From NCBI GenBank assembly GCA_051941275.1, contig JAVEBF010000036.1, positions 1 through 41,956 of the forward strand: DNA of 41,956 bases, written 5' to 3'. The DNA comes from Dirinaria sp. TL-2023a. Lineage: Eukaryota. Under the pieces are notes generated by a model, which was not told the origin of the DNA, ran no database searches, and was given only the letters and a program-made list of their open reading frames with translations. The position numbers were made by a program, and so were the translations under genes. Positions 23,412 through 34,809 of the stretch are shown piece after piece; the first letter of the stretch is position 1, and every line of letters begins with the position of its first letter.

Positions 23412-25434
23412 GGTGGATTATATAGTAGTCTACGACGCTGGATGGCGACAACAGCTTCCTAATTAAAGGTCGTGGAACTTTTTTCATGGAACTCCAGGGC
23501 AATTTGCGGGGTAAAGTACATCAGCAGAACGACGTAAGAGAATCATTAGACTAGATACCTTACTTGATCAGAGTATTGAAAGCGGGGATTAGTGACAAGC
23601 TTATGCGGCCGGAGAGACTGAAAACAACTTCTTGAACGAGTTCAGCCTATCTTAGAATCAGTGGGGCATGTCGAGCGGGGTAACTTGACCTGCCGACCCC
23701 AAAGTATTTTTGAAGTACCGATGGCACATAGCTATTAAGAATAGCGCCACGCGAACAGAACATTTATCAAAACAAATAAAATTAAAACCCATGCTCAAGG
23801 TTAAATCAGGAAAGCTGTTGAGATCATAAAAGATGAGGGTGCCAGAGGTATTTTAAAAAAAAAAAAAAAAAAGGACGATGATGCCGTCGCGTCGCAGCCA
23901 ACAGAGAAACTAAAGAATCATAGCCACATTCCCACATCAGCTGGAACAGCCATCATATATCAGCAAATCTTTCAGAAGAGCACGTCGCACTGACAATGCC
24001 CTACGAAACAAGCGTGACGAAAGAGCAGCAGCAAATAGCGCAAGAAGATCCTTATGCCTAGAGAATACATCCTTCGACATACTCGATAACCAAAAGCTAG
24101 GTATGTATTCCTTCTTCAGAGAGAACTTCGCTCTGCAGCGCAGATCAATCGTGCCCATGGACCGGTGTTTTCTCAGCATGACGAAGACTTAGAGAGCGTC
24201 TCTAGGAGCTCAGCAAAGCCGACATTTCGAAATCGTGGGGGCGGGGGCTCATTCATTAAAAGTCGTCTTTATGGAAAAATGGGCTGTTGGCCGTTTCAAG
24301 CTGCAGAAAGGGGTAGGATCCGCTTCGGCTTCGATCAAAAGCGTGCCGATATCGGGAGAGCCAAGCTAGCACACTTCAGCTCCCAATCAGGGACGACCCA
24401 AACACCACGCGTAGCCAGGGCTTTGCCATATGCCCTCGAAAGAGTGTGTCTCTAGTATTCCGTACAGAAACGAGAACTGCAGACATATTCTCCACCATTC
24501 CCGACTTGCGTACTGTCCAGCTTGACTGATTTGCCATTTATACTGCTCTTCTTGGCGAATTGACTCGCACTTCGCAATGACCCGTGGGCTGCGAAGAGAT
24601 TCTAGTGTATATTCATCCACCTCTTTCTTGATCCTGCCACCTCTTCACGCTTCGACGTATGGCGTGAACGTTAATCCCAGGTTATACGCAAGCAGTGCGC
24701 AGGCAATCTGTTGGCAGGGGTGATAACGCCTTGTCCTTGTGGAAGACGTGCGTTACTCTAGGTGATCTGAGACCTTTATCCCTCGCCCAACATGGCTCCA
24801 GTAAAAGGTTTGAATTTTGTCGAGGTACGCGACATTCATGGCGCTAAACGACTGTATCACTAGCATTAGACACTGACTGTGGAGCGCATCGAAGACCAGT
24901 CGCTGGACTTGGATCTTGGGAAACCCTTGAGTAGTGTGATGAGGAGAAGAGTCAAGATTTTGGTTGGAAGCGTGAACGGACAAGAAAAGATCGGCGATTT
25001 TGCTCCGATCCGGGCTCACGGGCCGTGAAAAAGGCGCTAACCAACTTGAGCTAGAGACACATTGGCAGGATTTAGGCAAGCACGTCTCTCGGCCAGACAT
25101 CAATAATGATTGACCTCAGCGTACTCCGTAAACATGTGACAAATTAATCAGATCAAATCTGTCACTCATCACGTATCGCACATAGTCTTCAAAACTCCTT
25201 ACAATGAAGGCACGCGCCGCGCCTTGGCGATAGAAAAGACCAGTACAAAGCCTCTCTCGCTCGCACGAGAAACAAACAATATGCTCATCTCACAACCTTA
25301 TCGCGCATGACTTAGAGCGCGCGTATCAATGGCGACTCACGATACTCGACAGCCGTCGAGCAAATATGACTATCTATGGTTATTTTATAAGATGGGCCAA
25401 TTTGGAAATACGCTGCAACAAAGAACTGGATAGT

Positions 25435-25918
25435 ATGAATATTCTTTCGTTTTTTTCGTTCTGATCTTCGTCACGCTAAATACTTATTTTATTGCTACAT
25501 CTCTAAATCATACCCTCGCTTCCTTCGCCCGATTCGAATGTATGGAACCCGTCTCGTTTCGCTTATCTCGTAACGGCTCTCTCAAAAAGTGCGCTCGCGC
25601 TGTCATCACTGGATTTTCATTGAGATGCTCATCGGCCTGTTTCATCATGGTGGGCCCTATGACTTCTTCCGCCTCCCAAGATCTCACATCGAGGGAGACT
25701 GCCAGGTCACTGTTGACCTAAATGCTGGAGAGCCTGTGAGGGGCTCGTGGAACGAAGTCTGGACGATGGCAAACATGTTGAGTACGGCTCGTACGTACTA
25801 CAGAGTTCATCAGGAACCTACCTCTGCTGTCACTGGAGGGTGGATCAGTACGAATGGGGTGGTTCTAATCCTACAGAAACCAATGCTGGGGAATGAGACT
25901 GCGGTAGCAGTTGAATGA
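25435..25918 (+). pseudogene. Small secreted Cys-containing protein, apparently with two frameshifts
   Basis: ATG at 25435; hydrophobic signal FVLIFVTLNTYFIATS restored by a shift in the T7 run at 25450-25456; then FECMEP...KKCARAVITGF; a second shift near 25615-25622 leads into FHHGGPYDFFRLPRSHIEGDCQVTVDL...SWNEVWTMANML...TGGWI. Confidence 0.6.
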
Positions 25919-28188
25919 GTAAGGATCGTTAAGAAAGATCATGATCCTGTTTCGCGATTGCATTCATTCGGTTTAGGCTCAATTTGTCTAAACCAAGTCG
26001 TACGATATAGTGAGTAGAGAAGGAAATATTTTGCGCGTAGAGTGGTGTCTGGAGGTGCTCTTTTATGTTGGGATATTGATTCTTGAAAAAGGGCTTGAAA
26101 TTTGAATTCGAGTCCTGTCGATTGAACTCAAGTTTCGCCGAAAAAACAACAATTCAATCTATGAGCATCAGTAGTGCTGTGGCTTCCGGACTGTCTTGAT
26201 CCGTCCGGCGTCCACTAAATGAGTTGTTTGATACTTAAAAATTCAATTGTCAAGTCAGGGCAGAGTCTGCCGAGAGTTTTCATGCGCACGTCGCACAGAT
26301 GAGACAGAGAACAAAACAAGAACTCGAAAAGAAAGAAAATGCTAAGAGTCTAAGAGGTACGTCAGTGCGCGACGTAAATCAGTCCTGTAAGATGTATTGA
26401 ATATTGCTCCACTGCTTAATGCCAGTTCTAGCTGCGCTCAATCTTGCATCGTCAGCACTACTATCAAGTGAAAAGTTGCTCAAAACTATGAGTGCTAAGC
26501 CAAGGTTACGATGGTCGATGAAGAGGAAACAATTCATGGCCCCAACAACAAGTTGGCGAAGTTTCAAACTTCTTGAGACTCAGCTCAGTATGATAGAGAG
26601 TAAATTATCACCTAATCGATGCTTCCTTAAATACATACTAGTGAAGCTGCTTAGCCAATTTCCAGATCAAGCTGCCTTATAAGATCCGGCTCCGTTTCCT
26701 CGATACTCCATGACTTCGCGTTTTTGTCTTCGCCTCTCTGAAGAGAGAATAATTTTCCTACGACGAGGGACTGAATAATTCTGGAATAGCACGATCGAGG
26801 TGTTTCAAAAAGAGCCAGGGCCAAAAGAACGAAAATCGCCTGTACGGAGAGTTTGGAAGAAGTAAATCTTAAGGTAAGATACATGAACGGGCTTCAAGCA
26901 CCTGAAACCCTTCCACAACCCTAGACTAGTTGCAAGGTTAAATTCTATCGCAAACGTCTTCCAACCAGCTCCGTCGACCTTACTTCGTACCCTCCAGACG
27001 AAAATGCCTCCACAGCCGCACACAGAAGAGTTCTCTGGCTCAGGCACCGAATCAGATACCCTCAACCAAGATCATTTCGGCTTCGATCCACAATTAGCCA
27101 GAGCCTGACCAACCCTTCCCCTAATGTAAATCTCGACCAAATCCGCAGTCTTATCAACCCCCCGGTCGCGAACATCGAGCGTCATGGATATCACGTCTGC
27201 ATCGACTGACATCGCCTATAATCCTCGCACGCGCCGAAATCGTTGAGACATGTTAAGTCTTATGTCTCGATATTGTGTTCGAGGTTGAGAAGATGCATGC
27301 TCAAGGCGGGCGATCCCAGATAGGGTACAAGTGGATCTTCTAAAACGGAAGAGAAGAGATGGCAGGGAAAAAAAAAGATGGTTTCTACAATCGGATCCCT
27401 GCGTGGATGCCGCTTGAGCATTTTATGAAGAGGAGTGAGTGGTTCTGGTTAAGGATCCGGGGCTCATCGATGCTGAATACAGAGGGTTTCGATGGATGCG
27501 ATGTCGAGGAGCTGAGATATTGAGAATGTACCTCTGTTGCAGAGTTTAGTGTTGGGCAGAGCGAGGCTCGTAAACATGTACTAGTACTATTCACGGCTAT
27601 GGTCTTGGGTATGCAGGGTCAGGGAACGAGCTGGGACGGGCTTTCGGAGCAAGAAGCAGGAGAAAGTAGAAGGGGAAGAAATAGTTGGACGCGGACTTTG
27701 GCCGACATCTATATGCAAGGGTATCGATCCTCTAAGTACAGAATAAACATGAGCGGTCTTTTATCTATGAGTCATCTTTTTTCGGTTCCGATCGCTTGCC
27801 AATGCACCAACACCGTTCCATTTTCGCTAAATGCAGGACGGTGACGATTCATTTGATACAACTCCAAAGCTTTTAATAGACCGCGAAGCAGAGAGCATAG
27901 ACTAGCCCCACATGTCATATCCCAAAAATATGATACCTTGAATGTCAATATTTTTTTTTGCAGATTACCTCCAGCATGAGAAGACGAGCGGTACTTTGGG
28001 CGAAGAGCTGAACCAGTGCACGAGAGGCAGCGAAGTCTGCCTTAAGCGTGCCCAATTTGTGACCCCTTATGTTTTTTTTTTTGGAAGGCAAGAGACTGTT
28101 ACGTACTCAACGAATTAAAGATCGAGGAAGGAGGAGAACTGTCATCATCTAAGTAGACCTGGAGACGGCGATCGCCAAGCGTCCGTTC

Positions 28189-31100
28189 TCAATCCGGGTC
28201 GTCATCATACCACGGGTTGAGGGCTCCGAGCATGTGCTTCCAGATATTACCATCCCACGGGGTTGTATCTACAATGTCCCTATCAAAGATTAGTCAAGGT
28301 TGCTATGCATTGGCACAATCAGACTGGGCTGCTCACATATCATCGGCTTGTAAGCCTAGCCCATGATCCAAGTGTTCAAGACGGGCCTTCGCTTGAGGAT
28401 CATCCCCAAATCGAATAAACTGTATGCCGACGTGTTCCTTTAGCAGTCTATGCTCTTTCATGCTTTCAACCAAGGATTTAATCACTGGTCCCACATCGCT
28501 CTGCGGCTGCCATCTTCCATCTGTGAGGACGTAGAAGCTTAAAGGTCGATGAGATTCGGCACGACGAGGTTTCCACTTGTACCACGACTTTGAAGGAGTT
28601 GTGGTGGTGCCGAATTTGGCAATATGCTCTTGTAAAATCTGACCCAGTCGGGCTCGCATGTTGGAGATTCCCTGGAATGGTGCCCGGGACACAGCCATTG
28701 AAAGATCTGTGGATTTCGAAGAATGAGCCGAATGTGTTGACTGAGTGAAATAAACGTCCAGGCCATTGGGATCCGAGTCTTTCACTATATACCCTAGCAG
28801 TGATACAACGCTGATAGCATTATTGCGATGCGGTAACATGGATTTGGTATTGTCGATGACGAAGATCTAGATGTTACATTAGCAAGGTCCAGACCGAGTC
28901 TGGTTGATGGGCTGAAGCACTCACGTGATCTCGTATGTTCAGGCTCGACAAATTTTCTTCGCCATGCAGCGGATCGTGAAGGCCTTGCTTTTTATTCCTC
29001 TTCCATCGCAGACCTTCGCTCAAAGATACATGGGGTGGCTTTTCTTCGTGCTCTTGAGCTTGAGATTTTGATGAGGTCGGGTTATCTGCGGTTCGGGACG
29101 ACGTTGCGCCATCGCTGTTTAGTGAATCTGCTGCTGAGATATAATTGGAATGATCTCGAGTAGGCCTATTTGAAAAGTGACTGGACGTCCTCGTGGTGTC
29201 TTCCGCGAGTCGGTGTCCTCGCAGCGGCGCATGCTTCGCTGCGCTACTAGGTCCACGGTCCAATTGTTGGCTACCTATTCCTTGATGAGTACCTCCTGCG
29301 TGGAACGGAGATAGACTGCTGGCGTCGGTATCTGATGAATGGTAAGAGAAAGCAGGACTAGGTGGGTCAGGCAGATCATGCAGAGTATTCGAGCCAGAAT
29401 GAAACGGTCCGAATGATTCGTCGGCTACCTGGGCTTGGTGATATCCATTGACTGTTTTCATTTGATGCTGGCGGTGTGCTAATCGAGTCTGTAATTTCGG
29501 AGTGTCCCTTTTCGTCCGGTTCCAAGACAATGGCCGTGGGAATAGAGGAGCCTCAATATCTCGGCCTGTGGTCTTGTGCGAAGGCTCCCCAGATTTGCTC
29601 ATGTACCCAGGTGGAACATTTGGAGGTGTTATTGGTCGCTCTTCAAAGTCACTACCGTGCTCTGCCTCTTGACCATGCCTCGAAGAGTCTCTTGTTATGC
29701 TGATCCCAATTGTTTTACGCGTCGTGTCGATGATGCGTGTAGACTCCGTCAAAATATCTATTGCGGAAGCACGCTGCTCATGTTCATTCAGTAGCATCTT
29801 TTTATTTACGAGCTGCAAGATTTTAACAATGACCCGATGGATCAATCGAGACGTGTTGGCAATGTGTTCGTGTGTCTCTCGCACCGTTCGCAGCACGTTG
29901 TGCTCATCATGGAACCATTCCTCTCCAGAGAGATCGAGATGCTCGTGAATCTCATTTGTTCGGCGACATCGATACTCAAGCAGGCGATTCCAACCAAAGC
30001 GCGACCAGACAGCTGCCTCGCTGAACACGCAGCCCATGGACCAAATGTCGACATTCTGTTTCACGGATACAGGAACGGGATCAATCCTACGGTCGGACCT
30101 GAACGTCTCTGGAGCACCTACAGGAATTTTAAGCCGTCGTTCTGCAAAGGATAGGGATAATTACCGTAAGCTCTGGTACCAACGACGTCTCGATCAAAAT
30201 CTTGATTGTGAGTGAAATGACACGAAGTTAAATCCGCAAGCTTGAAGTAGACGTCATAGCTCGAGGTTCCACTCCCACTCATGATGAGTATGTTGCCAGG
30301 TTTGATATCTTGATGCCATCTAAATCCTTTGTGAGCTATAGTTATGTGCGAAAAGGGGTCGAAGCAAGGCATACCCAAGCAGGCGGTCTCGGTATCCATG
30401 GATAACTGCGAGGCCGTGTGTGATCTTGCAGAGCCGTTCCCAAAGGGCTATCATATCTTCTGGGGTAGACGGAGGAGGCGTGACCCTCATGAAATTTTCA
30501 AGATTCCCTTTATCTGCATATTCCAAAATGATATTGTAGGTGTCGTCGTCAATGAAACTTCCGTAGTAGGCGACGATGAAGGGAGAGGGCTTGCCATCGT
30601 GTCTAAGGATTTTGAATGCATTTTGCTCGTTTTTGTGCTGTTCTTTAGCATCGAGGCCACGGTACGTCTTGAGGACGAAAGTATTTTGTAGGTCTGGGGG
30701 ACGTTCCTGTGGCAGCATTAATTATCTGAAGCGTTGGTTGGGGATCTTCGTTCATACCGGCATCTGCCAATGGTGCGGCACTAGCTTGTTGTATTCCTTA
30801 TCGACAACAATCTTGAACACCTTTGCATTTCCTCCCCACCCAATCTCCTCCTTGTGTGTTATTGGTAGTATCTCCTCTTTATGAAGATTAAGATCCATGT
30901 TGTACTCGAGATCTGCAGCGCAAAATTGCCATTGTTCGCTATGAAAACGGTCAAAAAGGTTAGAATCCGATGAGCGGGGAAAATCTTCAGGCCGGGTCCG
31001 AAATGGCAGGCGGTGATCCATTAGACTAAGGTATCGAACGAAGACCTGGATCATGGGACCTTGTCCAATCAATAACAGAATTGCTAGCGGTCGAAGGTAG

Positions 31101-31333
31101 TGTTCTCGAACGTATTGTGCGTCTACATTTTTCACGAATAGAGCTGCGAGAAGGCGCTCTACACGCTGGTTGGCTCCGAGATACTCCTTGACAGCTGAGA
31201 AAGGGATGAAGTGGTAAGGCGTAGCATGGTTTGAGCCTCCAATGCCGGGGCGCCGCGTTGTCGAGTGCCACCTCAGGAAAGCCTGAATTTCGCTATCGTG
31301 CTCTGCTTGGATCTCCGCGTAGATCTCCGCCAT
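28189..31333 (-). CDS. Protein kinase-like domain + disordered linker + C-terminal vWA domain, multi-exon
   Basis: Kinase motifs across exons: G-loop IGWGGNAKVFKI, FVLKTY, alphaC EQNAF, ILEYADKGNL, HQDIKPGNIL, KLADLT, GTRAYGAPE, DIWSMGCVFSE. vWA: IFVIDNTKSM (MIDAS-like), YVLTDGRW, IQFIRFGDD, final exon DIVDTTPWDGNIWKHMLGALNPWYDDDPD* (stop 28189-28191). Confidence 0.9.
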
Positions 31334-31977
31334 AATCAGGTGCAAGGGATGCGGCTAGGGGCATAGAGTCAGGGCTGGCCAGCGACAGGTGTATAGAACG
31401 GGTTATTGAACTTCTACATCGTGGATATAGGGCAGGGCCAAAGAAGCGATGGATGGCGAAGCACGTCGGGTTCTGCCTGGTGCCTCTGCCCCTCACTTCA
31501 GCTTGGCGCATACACGCACCACCTCTGCACAAGGCTGATTGGAAGCTTGCTGAAGACGCTAACATGAAAGAGGAAATCGCTTTTCGAGAATCGCGAAAAG
31601 ATAGCGGTGTATCGATCAGAAAAGCTTGTTACATAGTCGGATGCAACTAACTATTCATGTAACGTGCGACCTCTTCTTCAAATCCGAGCATTTTGGCGGA
31701 CTCGACTGCCGAACGTAAGACTCACACAAGATTCACCCAGTCTGGCGCTGCCGGGTTCAGCATGGTGCATTAGTGCGGCTCAACCATGGGTTGGTGTGAG
31801 GAAATCCTTATATCATAGGCAGTGCAGCTGTCTTGGTCCGCAAACCGCAAATTTGCTGCCCATCTAAGTAACCTCGACGCCTTAGTCTTGCTCGATCACG
31901 ACTCGTGTTCTCATTCCTCGTTGTAGGTTCCGAGCCTGTACAAGCGTGACGGGAGACTGCCCGGTGCTCACGCAGCA

Positions 31978-32352
31978 ATGCCTGAGAGAGTCGACCCAAA
32001 TGCCTACTGGCGATACGATTATATCCCAGGGTACGATTTGAACGAAACGATCATCGCCAGGTTTTTGAAGGAAATTTGGGGCAATTACAAGTATTTTGTC
32101 GAGGTCAGTCATAGTAGTGTCGCACGCTATGCGCGGCAGGCTTTCCCCGCCGGAGCCGTACCCAGTGGCACAGTCATCTGACTTTCCTTTATCTAGCGCT
32201 CCGGCGATGATTTCCGATTCTGGGTGCCTCGCAGACTCCATGAGGTGTGTGTGTCGCACGACTGTGGCTAGAGACACTATCCCCTGATTCTCCTCGCGCA
32301 GCATGAACAAACCGAGCTGTTGGACCGCCGCGAGCCAATGTATCATTCGTAA
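31978..32352 (+). CDS. Spliced 74-aa microprotein between the kinase-vWA and CorA-like genes
   Basis: Exons 31978-32103, 32197-32244 and 32302-32352, joined by two phase-0 GT..AG introns with CTGAC/CTGAT branch points. Product: MPERVDPNAYWRYDYIPGYDLNETIIARFLKEIWGNYKYFVERSGDDFRFWVPRRLHEHEQTELLDRREPMYHS. Confidence 0.75.
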
Positions 32353-32737
32353 ATGAGAAATGGCCTTACGAAGCATCCAACTTGGGCGACTGTGTGGGTG
32401 GCACTCGTATGTCGGGAATGGCAAAGGCGTGGAAGGATAGGCTGTGCTTTCATTTTCGCGTTCCTTGCAGAGCATTAATATTGTTATTATGTTCGTTTCT
32501 CGTTTGCTGGCTTTAATTTGGTGGAGTGGGCCAGCTGAGCTGCGTTGGGGCGCAGCAGGCTCTGCATTGAGCCATTCCTGGGATATGGCGGGGCACATTC
32601 GGGGCTTTATTGCTCCAAGGTGAGCTTCAACGATTGATGATCATTCTGATGAATATAAGTACGGTCGCACGCTAAAATCTTGATGAATACATCAACCCGT
32701 CTCATCAGGCAATGATATTGTTGCTACATTGACGGCG

Positions 32738-34809
32738 ATGGACGAAGTGACGGCCTTGTGCCAAGGTGCCAAGACCTTCCCTCTCAACTTCAACCAGCCT
32801 AGCGCTTTCCCTTACCATCAACGTCTCTATCAAACTTTGAATGAACACGCACCGAGACTCTTTCGATCGGGAGAAACCTCTGCCCTAGATTTTCTCGAGC
32901 TCAGTACAAGGGGAAAAGGTTGGCATATCTCGACGTCCCACCATCTTGGCTTGAACGCTCTGACACAGACCGCAGATTTTTGGCCCAAACGTGTGACAAC
33001 TGAAGGCCAGCTAAGGACGCACTTGGCCCTTGATGCCCCTTCGAGGAGTCCCGACCCACGATGCAGGTTTCTGTAAGTTTACCGAATGAGTAATCAGACG
33101 GCCGTCCGCTTATATTGTCCTAGATTCGTTCAAGCGATCAATGGCATCTCCCGCCAGAAGCTGCAGACAACCCGAGAGATGCTTATGCTGTGCTTCACCT
33201 ATTTTCGGGTCATGCCCGAGTTCCTTGACTTCTTGTTCTCCTTTGGATATCAAGCTCGTGCCCAAGATCCTCATTTTGGCAGCTTCCGTCAGCGAACATG
33301 TCTATCCTCTCCAAGCCAGTACTCTAATGTCCAGGAACTTGCTTGGTCAGGTGTCGAGATATCGACATGCTACAATTTAAGATCGCCCGAGCGCTCTGGC
33401 CCAGGTCCGAATGACTGGTCAATTCGACTTTGCGCCGTCCATCACACATTGGATTTGAATAAAGTACGGTCCAACTGGATTGTCATCAAGGGCAACGACG
33501 TCTTAAAAGATCGTATCGAGCAGGCGACCTGTGACAACAGCGGTACAGGAGTTTCATTATTCGACACCCTCGACAGAGCATTTGCTGGGTCGCTTACCAC
33601 GCACCTGATCTTCTGCGATTGGGCTGTCGAGCAATGGCGCTGGTATATCAACAGTCTTGACGAACAATTTCAAAATTCGTCTAGAAAAACCCTCACAGCA
33701 CCGGTGATATTTCTGTCACGTCGGCCAGGAGCAAACGATGACTTCGCGATGCCTCCTCGCACGGAGACCGCGTTCAGCAATAGGTCAATCTTGGGCAACT
33801 TATCTCGCGCTCAAACAATGTTGGCGGAAAAGCTCTCGGTCAGAAGCACAAAGCCCAGAACACGCACCGAGCGGATATCCAGCGATCTCGAGAGCGGTCT
33901 AAGTCAGCCACTGCCGCCTCACATCACTGCTATCAATAGTCCTGATTCAGCTCCACAATCACCGCAACAGAGTTCCGAGCGTGCAGAGGAGCAGGATTTC
34001 TCTTTTTCCAAGCTGCAGAAAGTTCAGCACATCGAAGAGAAGGCGCATGAGGCTCTGTTAGCGATGAGATTGAATACGGGCGTCATCCGCCAACTGAAGG
34101 AGCATTATAATACCATTGTAAAGCTGAGACGGTTTCCTCAAGATATCCATCAACTATGCCAAGACGATCTGGAGCAGTTCGAGCTCCGGATCAACGATAT
34201 ACTCGGTGGTCTGGAAATGCAGATTATAAGACTGGAAAGCTTGATACGACTGCTCCAAGATCGCAAAACTCTAGTAACTTCCATTGTCCAGTCGATGCAG
34301 AACGCCCGGCTAAGACATGATCAGCTTCAAAGCATTCTTGAGTACTATAATACCGAGTACAACAAGCAATCGACCAAAAACATGATGTCGATGACTGACG
34401 ATATGAACGACATAGCGCGGAAAACGAAGATTGAAACGGTCTCAATGAAGGTTATCACAGTCGTCACTCTCTTCTTCTTACCCGGAACCTTTATTTCCGT
34501 AAGTGGCCCTTCTCTTTATCAGAATTTCATCCCCTTGAGCGAAGACCGCGAGCCTCTGAATGCTGTGTGCTGACGATTCCGAACTCCATTTAGACGCTCA
34601 TGAGCACCGATATATTCCAGTCAGGAGACCAGAAACTCGGAGGACCAGACCCTTATGCTCATTATTCTCCCCTTCAGATCTATCTAATTGCGAGCCTCCC
34701 ATTGACCCTCGTGACGATACTAATCTGGGCGGCTCTTCACTGGCTGGAAAAACACGAAGAAAATTTCAAAGCACAAGCCCGTCGGCGTATATCTTCTCTA
34801 ATGGTCTGA
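32738..34809 (+). CDS. Fungal CorA-like protein (soluble alpha/beta domain, long helices, two C-terminal TM helices), multi-exon
   Basis: VMPEFLDFLFSFG, CYNLRSPE, WSIR..AVHH, WIVIKGN, THLIFCDW...WRWYI, long helical stalk, then ETVSMKVITVVTLFFLPGTFIS|TLMSTDIF and a second TM IYLIASLPLTLVTILIW. Introns at about 32919-32975, 33073-33123, 34274-34324 and 34499-34593. Confidence 0.88.

Noticed and set aside
23855..23872. A18 homopolymer as a retroposon tail
   Set aside because: No target-site duplication or element body recognised; it lies upstream of the GH31 gene and may be a simple poly(dA) tract.
27385..27708. Minus-strand frame MSAKVRVQLFLPLLLSPASCSE...VP*PCIP...TCLRASLC, like a secreted-protein relic
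   Set aside because: Only a weak signal-like stretch, an early stop at 27619-27621, and no family motif.
31882..32598. 238-aa minus-strand ORF in the track
   Set aside because: It is antisense to the better-supported spliced microprotein gene and has no protein-like motifs.
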